64,000 nt of DNA from an uncultured delta proteobacterium (GCA_963817385.1 CAWFOM010000010.1:96001-160000); one strand, 5' to 3'. Shown: positions 10,332 to 21,756, counted from the first letter of the stretch. A program made the numbers and translations. The notes: generated by a model not told the origin, from the letters alone.

Positions 10332-11240
10332 TCAGCCCGCCGCCGCCGGATCGTTCAGGATTTTTTTGATGACTTCCGCCCTCTCCGGTGTAAGGGTATT
10401 CTTCTTCATGGCCAGGTCCACCGTCAGCAGTCCCATGGCGCAATAGGCAGGCAGATATGCGGGCAATTTTTGGCGGAAAACGCGGATATGCTTTTCGATT
10501 GTCCCCGCATCTCCGCGTGAGATGGGGCCCGTCAGGGCTTGAACGCTCCCCTTCGTTTCGATATTCTTCAGGGTGCCCGCGATGAGCGGCCAGAAGGCGC
10601 TGATCGCCTCATCCCGGCTCAGTCCGAGGGAGAGATAGATCTCCTCAGCCGCGTTGATCAGGGTTGTAAGGTAGTTTGAGACCATGCAAGCGGCGGCATG
10701 GTAGAGAGGTTTGATTTCTTCAGGAACCTCAAAGGGAATTCCACCCAGCTCCCGGACCAGCCCGGCTGACCACTCCCTGAGGTTTTCATCGGCCGTAATG
10801 CCGAAGGTGCTCAAAGGGATGTTCAGGATTGCCCCTTCCACATCGGCGAACGATTGAAGGGGATGGATGCTGGTGATCATGGCCCCGGCCCTGCGGGCAG
10901 GTTCCAGCAGATCAAGTCCGCCGGAGCCGCTCATATGGATCACTTTGTCTCCCGGCTTGATACCCCCTTTATGAACGATTTCGCTGCAGATGGCGGCGAT
11001 GCTGTCATCAGGAGTGGTAATGAAGATACATGTTGCCAGGGAGGCGGCTTCGGCGTTTGCGTCGGCGGTGAAGGCCCGGCCTCCCGTATATCGGACCCGG
11101 TCTTGAAGGGACGCATGGGAGCTGGATGTGACGGCAACAACGGGATATCCGGCCTTGCGAAGGAGATAGCCGACGGCTGTCCCCGTCCTGCCCAGACCAA
11201 TGATGGCTATGGTCTCTTTGTGAACTGAAGTAGTAGGCAT
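10332..11240 (-). CDS. panG: Rossmann-like/DUF2520 oxidoreductase, probable PanG-type ketopantoate reductase
   Basis: GLGRTG, TTPDD, HMSGS, SIHPLQSF, YHAAAC, LTGPISRGD; preceded by a pan-type leader. Confidence 0.75.
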   Translation of the reverse strand: MPTTSVHKETIAIIGLGRTGTAVGYLLRKAGYPVVAVTSSSHASLQDRVRYTGGRAFTADANAEAASLATCIFITTPDDSIAAICSEIVHKGGIKPGDKVIHMSGSGGLDLLEPARRAGAMITSIHPLQSFADVEGAILNIPLSTFGITADENLREWSAGLVRELGGIPFEVPEEIKPLYHAAACMVSNYLTTLINAAEEIYLSLGLSRDEAISAFWPLIAGTLKNIETKGSVQALTGPISRGDAGTIEKHIRVFRQKLPAYLPAYCAMGLLTVDLAMKKNTLTPERAEVIKKILNDPAAAG

Positions 11241-11254
11241 CCGGCGACCCTCAT

Positions 11255-11355
11255 AAAAAAACCCTCCGCATAATCCACGGAAGGTCTGAAAGTCATCCTG
11301 ATCATGATATGGAGACCCGTCCGTCTCAGTCCGATCCTGGATCCAAGCGGCAGCT
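11255..11355 (-). promoter_or_regulatory. pan-motif-like cis-regulatory leader with intrinsic terminator
   Basis: Minus strand GCCGCTTGGATCCAGGATCGGACTGAGACGG, then ACCTTCCGT/GCGGAGGGT hairpin with a U tract just before the start; motif identity recalled, not searched. Confidence 0.65.
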
Positions 11356-11713
11356 GATAACTACTACAGGAGAGGAGAACCAGTCAACATATTTTCTAAA
11401 TTACCTGTCCTGACGTTCTTTCCCCTCATCCCTCCTCAGAGGATCGCTAAAATCAATAAAGAGAAAGATGGAACGGCTCTTTTCTTGTAATTGAGAAGAT
11501 TGTTCTATATAAAGAGTAAAATCGTTCGGATAGGGCGGGGTGATCGGAGATGGGATCAATGGTATCCTCCTGGACCGGCGGGGGGGAGCGCTTTACCCCG
11601 CCGGTCTGGAAATATGTACGGAGTGGGAACAACTGCTCTCTCGCCGCAGATATAATCTGCGTGATCCGGTCGGGTTTAAAGGTACTGCTTACTTGAAGCA
11701 TTCCTCTTTAAAT

Positions 11714-13132
11714 ATGCTAAAAACAGTCAGAAAAACAATTGAAAACTCCGCAATGCTGGAGCGCGGAGAGCATGTACTCGTAGCGGTGTCCGGGGGGCCG
11801 GATTCAGTAGCGCTTCTCCAGGCCCTCTTCCGCCTTTCGGCTGAATATCGGTTGCGTCTGACGGTGGCCCACCTCAATCATGGGATCCGGGGAGATGAAG
11901 CAAAAAAGGAGCAGGAGTTCGTCGATCACCTCTGCACGGGGATGGGCATCACCTGCATCTGTAAGACAATCGACATTCATATGCTACAGATAGGCAGCGG
12001 TAAATCTCTCGAGGAGATCGGCAGAGAGGAGCGCTACCGATTTCTGCGTGCCACTGCGGAAACATGCGGCGCACGGAAGATAGCGACCGGCCATCATAGT
12101 GACGACCAAGCAGAAACCGTTCTGATCAATCTGATTCGAGGAAGCGGTCCTGAGGGATTGCGGGGGATAATTCCGGTGAGAGACGGGCGGATCATTAGAC
12201 CATTGCTACACGTCAGAAGAGGGGAGATTCTTGAATTTCTCGATCGGGAAGGGCTGGCATATATGGTCGACAGCTCCAATCTCAACCCAATCTTCTTTCG
12301 TAACAGGATAAGAAATGAACTGATCCCGGAATTGGCGACACGCTACAACCCGCGGATTGTGGAAGGACTTTGCCATATGGCCGAAATCGTCCGTCGCGAA
12401 GATGATTATCTGGAGAGCACTGTCCGGCAAGTTCTGCATCAATGGGGAATTGTGCCTGGAACCGCAGAGACACTCCTGCCCATCGCTGCATTTCAGGAGG
12501 TTCATAAAGCCTTGCAGGGGCGCATCATTAAATATCTATTGGAAGCCATCGCTCCGTCGGGAAATGGAATCGGTTATCGCCATATCGAAGCCGTTCTGGC
12601 GATCTTACGACCGTCGCGACGCAGCCGCATCTCTCTGGATCTCCCCTGTCTGATCTGTGTCGACAGGGAGGAAAGCATGCTCCGGATCCGAAGGGTATGC
12701 AGTCGGCAAATAAGAAGGGACTCGCGAAATGAAAAAACACCTCCGTTTACCTATTCCTATCCGGTAGAGGTGCCTGGAATAGTATATCTAAATATGATAG
12801 GTAGAAATATTCGTTTTGAAACGATCGACAAACCCGGCTTGCAGGAGATGAAGAATCAACCGCGGGTGGCTTTCATGGACTTTGAGCGGATTTCACTCCC
12901 CCTGATCTTGAGAAATCACCGGCCCGGAGACAGAATAGACCCCTTGGGGATGTCAGGAATGAAAAAAGTGAAGTCGTACTTTATGGATGGCAAGATCCCT
13001 CGTCTGTCTCGGAATACGATACCGCTATTGGTCGATGATCGATCTGTTATCTGGATCGTCGGTGAGCGGATCAGCGATCGGGTCAAAGTGACCGAGCGAA
13101 CAAAAAAGGTCTTGAAGGCAGAAATGGTTTGA
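11714..13132 (+). CDS. tilS: tRNA(Ile)-lysidine synthetase
   Basis: AVSGGPDS PP-loop, HLNHGIRG, GHHSDDQAET, IRPLL, RNRIR; C-terminal TilS_C. Confidence 0.95.
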   Translation: MLKTVRKTIENSAMLERGEHVLVAVSGGPDSVALLQALFRLSAEYRLRLTVAHLNHGIRGDEAKKEQEFVDHLCTGMGITCICKTIDIHMLQIGSGKSLEEIGREERYRFLRATAETCGARKIATGHHSDDQAETVLINLIRGSGPEGLRGIIPVRDGRIIRPLLHVRRGEILEFLDREGLAYMVDSSNLNPIFFRNRIRNELIPELATRYNPRIVEGLCHMAEIVRREDDYLESTVRQVLHQWGIVPGTAETLLPIAAFQEVHKALQGRIIKYLLEAIAPSGNGIGYRHIEAVLAILRPSRRSRISLDLPCLICVDREESMLRIRRVCSRQIRRDSRNEKTPPFTYSYPVEVPGIVYLNMIGRNIRFETIDKPGLQEMKNQPRVAFMDFERISLPLILRNHRPGDRIDPLGMSGMKKVKSYFMDGKIPRLSRNTIPLLVDDRSVIWIVGERISDRVKVTERTKKVLKAEMV

Positions 13133-13232
13133 AATAACCGTGCTGATATTATAATAAAAAGATCACAGAAATAAGATGTCGATCGTCAGGCATGATCGCC
13201 GACCTTCATACTCAAGATTAAGGAGAAAATAA

Positions 13233-15086
13233 TTGAATCCCCTGCAGAAGAATATAGCCCTGTGGCTTGTGATCAGCCTTGTGTTCGTCATGATTTACCA
13301 CCTTTTCAATCAGCCCAAAACTGCCCAGATGGATGTCATCTACAGCGATTTTTTAAGCTATGTGGATAAGGCCCAGGTCACCGAGGTGACCATCCAGGGT
13401 GACAACATATCCGGCAGACTGAGCACGGGAAAAGCCTTTAAAACTTATGCCCCCAAAGACGCAGGGGTGATTGCCCTGTTGAAGGAAAAAGGAGTAAGGA
13501 TCTCAGCGAAACCGGTTGATGATTCCCCCTGGTACATGACCGTTCTGGTCTCCTGGCTTCCCATGTTGCTGCTGATCGGGGTCTGGATTTTTTTTATGAG
13601 GCAAATGCAGGGTGGGGGCGGTAAGGCTATGGCTTTTGGGAAAAGCAGAGCGCGCCTGGTTACGGACAAGTCAAAAAAGGTCACCTTCGCCGATGTGGCC
13701 GGCATTGAAGAAGCCAAGGCGGAGCTCCAAGAGGTAATCGATTTCCTTCGTGATCCCAAGAAATACACACGCCTGGGAGGGAGGATTCCCAAAGGATTGT
13801 TGCTTGTGGGGCAGCCAGGGACCGGAAAAACCCTCTTGGCGCGGGCCATCGCAGGAGAGGCGGATGTCCCCTTCCTCAGCATCAGCGGTTCGGATTTTGT
13901 AGAGATGTTCGTGGGAGTTGGTGCATCAAGGGTCCGCGATCTCTTTAACCAAGGCAAGAAGAATGCGCCCTGCATAATTTTTATTGATGAAATCGATGCG
14001 GTGGGACGCCACCGCGGTGCCGGTCTGGGAGGGGGACACGACGAGAGAGAACAGACCCTCAATCAACTGCTCGTCGAGATGGACGGTTTCGAATCAAATG
14101 AAGGGGTCATCCTGGTTTCGGCGACAAATCGTCCAGATGTCCTTGATCCAGCGTTACTCCGGCCAGGACGTTTTGACCGCCAGGTCGTCGTGCCTCTGCC
14201 CGATGTCAAGGGGAGAGAAAAGATACTCGAGGTTCATGCTCGGAAAACCCCCCTCGCGGAGGATGTCGATTTCGCGGTCATTGCTCGCGGGACACCCGGT
14301 TTTTCAGGTGCGGACATCGAAAATCTTGTCAACGAGTCAGTCCTTTATGCCGCCAGATTCGGCAAAGAAAAGGTAACCATGAGCGACTTTGAATACGCCA
14401 AGGATAAGGTGCTCATGGGATCGGAACGAAAAAGTATGGTGATCAGCGATGTCGAGAAGAGAAATACGGCCTACCATGAGTCGGGACATGCGTTGGTAGC
14501 AAGGATGTTGCCCGGAACCGATCCGATTCATAAGGTTACTATCATTCCCCGAGGTCACGCCCTCGGGGTGACTCAACAGTTGCCGGTCGACGAGAAACAT
14601 ACCTATCCTCGGGAATTTCTCACAAACAATATCGTAATCCTGCTTGGTGGACGTGCAGCGGAAGAGCTTGTCTTGAAGGACTTTACGACCGGCGCTGGAA
14701 ATGACATAGAACGAGCAACAAATCTCGCTCGAAAAATGGTCTGCGAATGGGGCATGAGCGATCAGATGGGGCCACTCAGTTACGGAAAGAAAGAGGAGCA
14801 GATCTTTCTTGGCCGTGAATTTGCCACTCATAAGGATTATAGTGAGGAAACTGCCCAGAAAATCGACAAGGAAGTTGCACGAATCGTGATGACGAGCTAT
14901 GAGAGCGCAAAGAAGATTCTGTCGGATCGAATTGATATCCTAAACAGAATCGCCTCGGAACTGCTGGAAAAAGAAGTCCTGAATGCACCTGAACTGGATG
15001 AAATTATTGGCATGAAACCTGCCGAGGATACAGTAAATCCCGTACTCGTGGCATCGAAATCTGATGAGTTGCCGCCACGTGAATAA
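13233..15086 (+). CDS. ftsH: ATP-dependent zinc metalloprotease FtsH
   Basis: Two TM helices, [11 protein letters not shown] ([10 protein letters not shown]), HESGH. Confidence 0.98.
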   Translation: MNPLQKNIALWLVISLVFVMIYHLFNQPKTAQMDVIYSDFLSYVDKAQVTEVTIQGDNISGRLSTGKAFKTYAPKDAGVIALLKEKGVRISAKPVDDSPWYMTVLVSWLPMLLLIGVWIFFMRQMQGGGGKAMAFGKSRARLVTDKSKKVTFADVAGIEEAKAELQEVIDFLRDPKKYTRLGGRIPKGLLLVGQPGTGKTLLARAIAGEADVPFLSISGSDFVEMFVGVGASRVRDLFNQGKKNAPCIIFIDEIDAVGRHRGAGLGGGHDEREQTLNQLLVEMDGFESNEGVILVSATNRPDVLDPALLRPGRFDRQVVVPLPDVKGREKILEVHARKTPLAEDVDFAVIARGTPGFSGADIENLVNESVLYAARFGKEKVTMSDFEYAKDKVLMGSERKSMVISDVEKRNTAYHESGHALVARMLPGTDPIHKVTIIPRGHALGVTQQLPVDEKHTYPREFLTNNIVILLGGRAAEELVLKDFTTGAGNDIERATNLARKMVCEWGMSDQMGPLSYGKKEEQIFLGREFATHKDYSEETAQKIDKEVARIVMTSYESAKKILSDRIDILNRIASELLEKEVLNAPELDEIIGMKPAEDTVNPVLVASKSDELPPRE

Positions 15087-15111
15087 ATCATGAAATAATC
15101 GGTTCCAAATA

Positions 15112-16326
15112 ATGGGTAGAAAAGAGCTAAAGGTGAGATACCTGCATATCACCTCCAGGGAGGAGGCCGTGGATGCCCTGAAGGGTGTGGAGGTGGATCC
15201 TTACTGCATCCAGGAGATGCTCCCGAAGATGATTCACCTGAATATCATCCTAGAGGGGATTGAACCCAACGTGGCTGATATCGTCAAACAGGAGATGCTT
15301 TCCGTCGGGGGAGACGCTGCGGTAGGGTATGGTACGCCCCGCTGTTCCATTGCGGAGACTGACGTCATCATTATGGGAACGCTCAAACAGATCCACCGTT
15401 TTATGGAGAAGAGTGCCCGGCAACCCTTCGGATTGAGATTGATCTCCGAACGTATCGGTGAAATTTTGAATAATCTTTATCTGGATTCCGTTTTCCTCCG
15501 AACATCTAGGAGAACTATAAACCTTGGAGAGCGGACGCTGATAATGGGAATTCTCAATGTAACTCCCGATTCCTTTTCCGACGGCGGCAGGTTTACAACA
15601 CCCGAGATGGCCGTGGAAGAGGGAATTCGAATGGCTGGGGAAGGGGCGGATATGATTGACATTGGCGGCGAGTCAACCCGTCCCGGATCAGAGCCCGTTT
15701 CGCACGATGAAGAACTCCGGAGGGTCATTCCGGTCATTCAGGGACTTGCAAAGAGGATCGATATCCCACTGTCGATCGACACGATGAAGGCAGGCGTCGC
15801 ATGTGAGGCCATTGCGGAAGGGGTGGAAATAGTCAACGACATAAGCTCAATGAGTCATGACGATGGTATGGCGAAGGTTGTTGCCAATGCCGGTGCTGCA
15901 GTCATTCTTATGCATATGCGGGGTACACCGAAAACCATGCAGGCTGGCGATCTGACCTATCGTTCCCTTCGGGGAGAAATCATCGCATTTTTACAGGAGC
16001 ATATCGAAAACGCTCGAGAGAAGGGTATCGAAATGGACCGGATTATGGTTGATCCCGGGCTGGGTTTCGGCAAGACGGCGACGGATAATATTCGGTTGAT
16101 CAAGCATCTGGGGGAGCTGAAAGTTCTGGGAAGGCCGATCGTCACCGGGACGTCCCGGAAATCATTTATCGGTCACGTTACAGGAGGGCCTCCTCAAGAG
16201 CGGATTGAAGGTACGGCGGCTGCCGTGACCGCGGCCATTATGAATGGAAGCAGGATTATCCGCGTTCATGACGTTGCCACGATGAAAAAGGTCGCCGCAA
16301 TGGCGGATGCCTTGAACAAGGCATGA
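15112..16326 (+). CDS. folP: dihydropteroate synthase with N-terminal extension
   Basis: MGILNVTPDSFSDGG, DIGGESTRPG, DPGLGFGK, SRKSFI, RVHDV. Confidence 0.95.
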   Translation: MGRKELKVRYLHITSREEAVDALKGVEVDPYCIQEMLPKMIHLNIILEGIEPNVADIVKQEMLSVGGDAAVGYGTPRCSIAETDVIIMGTLKQIHRFMEKSARQPFGLRLISERIGEILNNLYLDSVFLRTSRRTINLGERTLIMGILNVTPDSFSDGGRFTTPEMAVEEGIRMAGEGADMIDIGGESTRPGSEPVSHDEELRRVIPVIQGLAKRIDIPLSIDTMKAGVACEAIAEGVEIVNDISSMSHDDGMAKVVANAGAAVILMHMRGTPKTMQAGDLTYRSLRGEIIAFLQEHIENAREKGIEMDRIMVDPGLGFGKTATDNIRLIKHLGELKVLGRPIVTGTSRKSFIGHVTGGPPQERIEGTAAAVTAAIMNGSRIIRVHDVATMKKVAAMADALNKA

Positions 16327-16389
16327 CCGCATTAATCGCAGAAGAATGCAATAGTCGCGATTCTTGAAGGACATAAGGCGAACACAGTC

Positions 16390-16881
16390 ATGTCCGTGCA
16401 GAAAAAGTCCCTCGTCCTGTTTTCAAAAAGTCCGTCGGAAACGTTTCGGATCGGTAGGATTCTGGGTGAAGGCCTGAAGAGAGGGGATTGTGTTGCTCTG
16501 ACCGGGGAACTTGGGGCCGGGAAAACGTGTTTGACGCAGGGAATAGCCGAGGGTATGGGAGTTCCGGATTGCTATGCGGTAACCTCACCGACCTTTACAC
16601 TCATCAACGAATATCCCGGAAGAGATGCAGCCCTGTATCATTTGGACGTCTATCGCTTGACCGGATCTGCGGATCTTCAGGAAATGGGGTATGAAGAATA
16701 TCTCCTGGGCAGTGGGGTGATGGTCATTGAGTGGGCTGAGAAGATTATCGATTCCATTCCGGATGAAGCCCTGTGCATCAGATTTTCCTATATGGATGAC
16801 TGCCTACGGAAAATTGAAATAACCGGCTGCCCGGAGAGGATCGATTTCTGGGAACCGGGTCTAAGAAAAGGAGGATGTTAG
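16390..16881 (+). CDS. tsaE: tRNA threonylcarbamoyladenosine biosynthesis ATPase
   Basis: GELGAGKT, SPTFTLINEY, HLDVYRL, IEWAE. Confidence 0.95.
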   Translation: MSVQKKSLVLFSKSPSETFRIGRILGEGLKRGDCVALTGELGAGKTCLTQGIAEGMGVPDCYAVTSPTFTLINEYPGRDAALYHLDVYRLTGSADLQEMGYEEYLLGSGVMVIEWAEKIIDSIPDEALCIRFSYMDDCLRKIEITGCPERIDFWEPGLRKGGC

Positions 16882-16884
16882 CGG

Positions 16885-18105
16885 ATGGCTCTGGTGGTTC
16901 AAAAGTATGGCGGTACCTCGGTTGCCGATCTCGATAAGATCGCCAATGTGGCAAAAAAGGTGATCAGGACAAGGGAAGAGGGGAATAAAGTAGTCGTTGT
17001 CCTGTCGGCGATGGCCGGGGAAACGGATCGACTGATCCAACTAGCCCAGAAGGCTTCAGAAAACCCTTCGGGCAGGGAGTATGATTCACTGATCTCTACG
17101 GGCGAGCAGGTAACAGTCTCCTTACTGTCGATCATGCTCAATGGCATGGGATATCCCGCAAAATCTTTCCTCGGCTTTCAAGTCAGGATCCTGACCGATA
17201 CTGCCTATAAAAAGGCACGCATCTTGAGTGTTGATACAACTGCCATTCGGGAGGAACTGGAAAAGGATATCATTGTGGTCGTTGCCGGTTTCCAGGGTGT
17301 CAACGATGACAACAACATCACCACCCTCGGGCGAGGGGGGTCAGATACCAGTGCTGTAGCCTTGGCCGCTGCACTTAACGCTGATGTCTGCGATATTTAT
17401 ACCGATGTCGATGGTGTTTATACTGCCGACCCCAACATATGCGGCAAGGCCAGGAGACTCGAACGCATCACCTATGACGAAATGCTTGAGATGGCTCGCG
17501 CAGGAGCGAAAGTGCTTCAGCCCCGGTCAGTAGAGTTGGCAAAAAAATACAATGTACCGGTGTATGTGAAATCCTCATTCACAGATGAAGGGGGAACATT
17601 GGTGACCAAGGAGGAGAGTGACATGGAGAAAGAAGTGGTATCCGGCGTAACCTATGATCGAGATCAGGCAAAAATAACGGTGGTTCATGTTCCAGACCGG
17701 CCGGGTGTCGCTGCTCGTCTGTTTACACCCCTTTCAGAGCACAACATCGTTGTTGATATGATCATCCAGAACGCCAGTCTTGCAGGCCATACCGATTTGA
17801 CCTTCACGGTGTCCCGAAAAGATATTGGCGAGGCTAAGAAAATCATTTCCGAGGTGCTTAAGGATGTCGGCGCTGACAAACTAGAGGTCGATGACAATGT
17901 GGCGAAGGTATCAATCATCGGTGTAGGGATGATTAGCCATTCCGGTGTTGCCGCGAAAATGTTCGCAACACTCGCGCGAGAAGGGATCAACATTATGATG
18001 ATCAGCACCTCAGAAATAAAAGTATCCTGCGTCGTTGAAGCAAAATACGCTGAATTGGCAGTTACGGTTCTGCACGATGCCTTCGGTCTGGAAAGGGCAT
18101 CTTAA
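16885..18105 (+). CDS. lysC: aspartate kinase
   Basis: [24 protein letters not shown], two ACT domains. Confidence 0.96.
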   Translation: MALVVQKYGGTSVADLDKIANVAKKVIRTREEGNKVVVVLSAMAGETDRLIQLAQKASENPSGREYDSLISTGEQVTVSLLSIMLNGMGYPAKSFLGFQVRILTDTAYKKARILSVDTTAIREELEKDIIVVVAGFQGVNDDNNITTLGRGGSDTSAVALAAALNADVCDIYTDVDGVYTADPNICGKARRLERITYDEMLEMARAGAKVLQPRSVELAKKYNVPVYVKSSFTDEGGTLVTKEESDMEKEVVSGVTYDRDQAKITVVHVPDRPGVAARLFTPLSEHNIVVDMIIQNASLAGHTDLTFTVSRKDIGEAKKIISEVLKDVGADKLEVDDNVAKVSIIGVGMISHSGVAAKMFATLAREGINIMMISTSEIKVSCVVEAKYAELAVTVLHDAFGLERAS

Positions 18106-18666
18106 ATGCGTGTGTGTGAAGGACAGAATCTGGGGGCATTGACTGTTCTGATCGCTTCCATAGCTGTCTATGGCGGGGTTCTGCTCTATGACCGGCAATC
18201 GTTTCCGGAATTATCCCTGTCCTGGGGAAATCAGGGACCGGGTATGATTACCGCTGAGGTAACAAGTGGTCGAGATACCGACGGCATCTATTTTTTACCG
18301 AAAGGGACGGATATTGCAAATATACTGAAAATCATCGGCGTTGAGGGTAAAATAAACGCTGCTGGTTTCACGATGTCTGATAGCGTCGCTATCGCCACCT
18401 CAGCGGCGGGAGCGGCATTGACAATCTGTGATATGCCAGCCATAAGGCGGCTTGCCCTGGGTTTGCAAATTGATTTGAATCGCGCTTCGGCGGAAGATCT
18501 TTCCCATGTACCTGGCATTGGAAAAAAAGCGGCTATTGAGATTGTTCAGCGGCGACAGGCGGTAGGTAAGTTCACGGCAATTTCGGATCTCACCTCTGTT
18601 ACGGGGATCAAAGAAAAAAAATTGATCGGCCTGAAAAAACATCTGACCATTGGATCAACTCCCTGA
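18106..18666 (+). CDS. ComEA-like helix-hairpin-helix protein
   Basis: N-terminal TM helix; IDLNRAS..L..VPGIGKK and VTGIKEK HhH repeats. Confidence 0.8.
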   Translation: MRVCEGQNLGALTVLIASIAVYGGVLLYDRQSFPELSLSWGNQGPGMITAEVTSGRDTDGIYFLPKGTDIANILKIIGVEGKINAAGFTMSDSVAIATSAAGAALTICDMPAIRRLALGLQIDLNRASAEDLSHVPGIGKKAAIEIVQRRQAVGKFTAISDLTSVTGIKEKKLIGLKKHLTIGSTP

Positions 18667-18745
18667 TAGACAAAACGCTTGCCACGAGAAGATAGGGCGG
18701 GCAACGAAGATCGTAGTTGATACTGCGTCCTTGTCTTGAACCCTG

Positions 18746-19348
18746 TCAGGGGGTTTGTTTTCCGTTGCTGTATTTGTCGAAATAATCGAGAACACGCCTG
18801 ACGTAGGTCTGAGTTTCCTGGTAAGGAGGGATGCGATTGTTGTAGCGCAGGACGGTGTTTTCCCCAGCGTTGTAAGCGGCAAGCACTAGGGGTAGATTTC
18901 CATTAAACAGGTTCATGAGATAGCGTAGGTAGCGAACACCGCCATCGATATTATTTTCCGGTTGAAAAGAATCCTGGACTTGAAGTGTGGCCGCTGTTGC
19001 CGGCATGAGTTGCATCAATCCCCGTGCTCCCACTGGTGAAACGGCACGGTGATTGAAGTTTGATTCCGCCTTGATAATTGCCTTAACAAGGGCGGAGTCA
19101 ACGCGATATCGCTCCGAGGCTTTGACAATGAGATCTTCGTAGTTGGTCATGGGACCTTTCAACTGAACGATAACCCTTTTCTCCTTCATAATCAGGATAT
19201 AAGGAACATTATTCTCAGTGGGAGTGTTAGTAATATGAATGACCCCATCAATATCCACATATTTGTAAATATCCCCCCGACACACGGAAGAAGAAAAGAA
19301 GAACAGGATAAAAAAAACAAAAATCGGGGGAATCCACTTATGTCTCAT
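18746..19348 (-). CDS. SLT lytic transglycosylase (DUF4124-like N-terminus)
   Basis: IKAESNF, GARGLMQLMP, AAYNAGE, ETQTYV; signal peptide. Confidence 0.9.
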   Translation of the reverse strand: MRHKWIPPIFVFFILFFFSSSVCRGDIYKYVDIDGVIHITNTPTENNVPYILIMKEKRVIVQLKGPMTNYEDLIVKASERYRVDSALVKAIIKAESNFNHRAVSPVGARGLMQLMPATAATLQVQDSFQPENNIDGGVRYLRYLMNLFNGNLPLVLAAYNAGENTVLRYNNRIPPYQETQTYVRRVLDYFDKYSNGKQTP

Positions 19349-19492
19349 ATATACCCTGCATTGTACCGTCCGATTCAACATAAAAAATATTATACTTTAA
19401 CAGTACCGCAAATTCAAGTATTTTGTGATTCATTACTCTTGACATGAATTATTGAAGGTGGTAAGTACCTGTAAAATTGAACTGATTCGAGT

Positions 19493-19569
19493 CGGGGCGT
19501 GGCGCAGTCTGGTAGCGTATCTGAATGGGGTTCAGAGGGCCGGTGGTTCAAATCCACTCGCCCCGACCA
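19493..19569 (+). tRNA. tRNA-Pro(GGG)
   Basis: CGGGGCG/CGCCCCG acceptor stem, TCTGA-ATGGGGT-TCAGA anticodon arm, CCA. Confidence 0.96.
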
Positions 19570-19575
19570 ATTAAT

Positions 19576-19601
19576 AAAAAACCGCCAATTGGCGGTTTTT
19601 T
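19576..19601 (+). terminator. terminator after tRNA-Pro
   Basis: AAAAAACCGCCAATTGGCGGTTTTTT perfect palindrome. Confidence 0.75.
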
Positions 19602-19634
19602 GATATATTCTGAAGGCGCTTACGACAATGAATA

Positions 19635-19663
19635 TTGACAATCGTAGAGGCAATGCATATAAG
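19635..19663 (+). promoter_or_regulatory. sigma70 promoter for tRNA-Leu/tig
   Basis: TTGACA-N17-TATAAG. Confidence 0.65.
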
Positions 19664-19681
19664 GAGATCAGCTTCTACCAT

Positions 19682-19768
19682 GCGAGAGTGGCGGAATTGG
19701 TAGACGCACTGGACTTAGGATCCAGCCCGCCTGAGCGGATAGGGGTTCAACTCCCCTCTCTCGCACCA
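19682..19768 (+). tRNA. tRNA-Leu(TAG)
   Basis: GCGAGAG/CTCTCGC acceptor stem, CTGGA-CTTAGGA-TCCAG, long variable arm, CCA. Confidence 0.96.
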
Positions 19769-19815
19769 ATCATTGGATCATCAAAAAGGATATAATATTT
19801 AAGGAGCATATTGAC

Positions 19816-21150
19816 GTGAGTGACATCAGTGCCGCGGTAAAGATTGTGGATATCAGTTCCGTAAAGAAGAAACTTTCATTTGATATCCCATGGGCGGATG
19901 TAAAAACCGAGTTGGATACGGTTTATCGAAATGTCGGAAGGACCGCAAAGGTAAAAGGGTTCAGACCGGGCAAGATTCCCAGGGCGATACTCGAGAAACT
20001 CTACCGGGTGCAGGCAGAGGAAGAGACAGTGTCCAATCTGGTGAATAGGTATTACTGGGAAGCGGTGCAGGAAAAAGATATTCCGTCAGTTACCCGTCCG
20101 CAGATCGATCAAACGGGGATAGAACAGGAAAAGGTGTTTACTTTTTCAGCCACTATCGAAGTCGAACCAACTATCGAACCCAGAGATTATCTAGGGCTTG
20201 AACTTATCAGGGAAGATCCGGTGGTTACAGAAAAGGATATTGAGGCGAGACTGCAGGAAATCCGGCACATGTTTGCAACGATGGAGGATCTGAATGAAGA
20301 TCGGGGGGTGGTCGCAGGGGATTTTGTAACGCTCGATTTTGTAGGTTCCGTTGCGGGAGAATCGTATAATGAGCTGACATCTGAAAATTATTTACTGGAA
20401 ATCGGATCAAAGACATTCGTGCCCGGTTTTGAAGATCAACTGATCAGTATGAAAAAAGGGGAAGCGCGGTCCATCTTCGTTAAATTTCCCGAGAACTACA
20501 ACGCGGCGCATCTTGCAGGGAAAGATGCAGAATTTAAAGTACATGTTCAAGGAATACGTATCAAGAAATTACCAGAGATCGATGCCGATTTTGTAAAGAA
20601 TTTCGAACGATACAAGTCACTGGACGCCCTGAAGGCCGATGTTCGCAAGAACGTCGAAGAAGAGAAGAAGCGTAAAATCGCAGCAGAATTTGATAGGAGC
20701 ATCGACGACAAACTTCTTATGAAAAATGACTTTGAAGTTCCGGAATCCTATGTCGAGCGTCAGATCTATTATATGATGTCCGATACGCAGCGAAGAATGG
20801 TCTCAAACGGTATGGATCCAAAAAAGGCGGCGGAATTCAGTTTTAAACTCCATGATCAGTTCCGAGAAGAGGCGACCAGGATCGTAAAAACAGGTCTGCT
20901 ACTAACAAGCATTGCTCGGAAAGAGTCACTGACTGTCGATGATGAGGAAGTGGAAAAGGAGATCCGGGAAATTGCGTCACAAAAGGCTCAAGATTATGAA
21001 TCTTTCAAAAAATCGCTTGAAAAGGATAGCTTGATTGAAAATGTCAAAAATGAGATCTTGACCCGTAAGACGTATCAATTCCTGGCGGCAAAAGCCGTGG
21101 TTACGGTCATAAAAAATGAGAAAATAGGAGTCCCGGAGGAAGAAAAATGA
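19816..21150 (+). CDS. tig: trigger factor
   Basis: [10 protein letters not shown] signature, FKBP domain FVPGFEDQL. Confidence 0.96.
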   Translation: MSDISAAVKIVDISSVKKKLSFDIPWADVKTELDTVYRNVGRTAKVKGFRPGKIPRAILEKLYRVQAEEETVSNLVNRYYWEAVQEKDIPSVTRPQIDQTGIEQEKVFTFSATIEVEPTIEPRDYLGLELIREDPVVTEKDIEARLQEIRHMFATMEDLNEDRGVVAGDFVTLDFVGSVAGESYNELTSENYLLEIGSKTFVPGFEDQLISMKKGEARSIFVKFPENYNAAHLAGKDAEFKVHVQGIRIKKLPEIDADFVKNFERYKSLDALKADVRKNVEEEKKRKIAAEFDRSIDDKLLMKNDFEVPESYVERQIYYMMSDTQRRMVSNGMDPKKAAEFSFKLHDQFREEATRIVKTGLLLTSIARKESLTVDDEEVEKEIREIASQKAQDYESFKKSLEKDSLIENVKNEILTRKTYQFLAAKAVVTVIKNEKIGVPEEEK

Positions 21151-21731
21151 CTCTGATACCTATGGTAGTTGAGCAGGACGGTAGGGGAGAAAGGGCCTAT
21201 GATATTTATTCAAGGCTTCTCAAGGATCGCATCATTTTTCTTGGAACGGCAATCGATGACGATGTTGCAAACCTTATAATCGCACAGATGCTTTATCTGG
21301 AATCAGAAGATCCTGACAAGGAAATCTTTTTTTATATCAATAGTCCAGGGGGGCATGTCAGTTCGGGCCTCGCTATTTATGATACGATGCGGTATATTAA
21401 ACCTCCTGTGTCTACGGTCTGCATGGGACAGGCGGCCAGCATGGGCGCCCTGCTCCTCGCGGCGGGGCAAAAAGGGAAGCGATATGCTCTGCCCCATTCG
21501 AGAATACTGATCCATCAGCCGTTGGGTGGATTTCAAGGACAGGCAACGGACATCGATATTCAGGCACGAGAGATTCTGAGGCTCAAAGAAGAACTGAATC
21601 ATATTCTTGCCGATTTGACAGGTCAACCAATTGATAAAATTACTTCCGATACGGAGCGGGATTATTTTATGATCAGTGAGCAGGCAAAGCAATATGGCAT
21701 CATCGACGAGATAATCATTAAGAAAATTTAA
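21147..21731 (+). CDS. clpP: Clp protease proteolytic subunit
   Basis: [29 protein letters not shown]. Confidence 0.98.
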   Translation: MTLIPMVVEQDGRGERAYDIYSRLLKDRIIFLGTAIDDDVANLIIAQMLYLESEDPDKEIFFYINSPGGHVSSGLAIYDTMRYIKPPVSTVCMGQAASMGALLLAAGQKGKRYALPHSRILIHQPLGGFQGQATDIDIQAREILRLKEELNHILADLTGQPIDKITSDTERDYFMISEQAKQYGIIDEIIIKKI

Positions 21732-21756
21732 AAATTATCAGCGATAGGGGTTTTTC

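Noticed and set aside
15112..15500. About 130-aa N-terminal extension on FolP
   Set aside because: Long-form FolP is a known architecture in several anaerobic lineages
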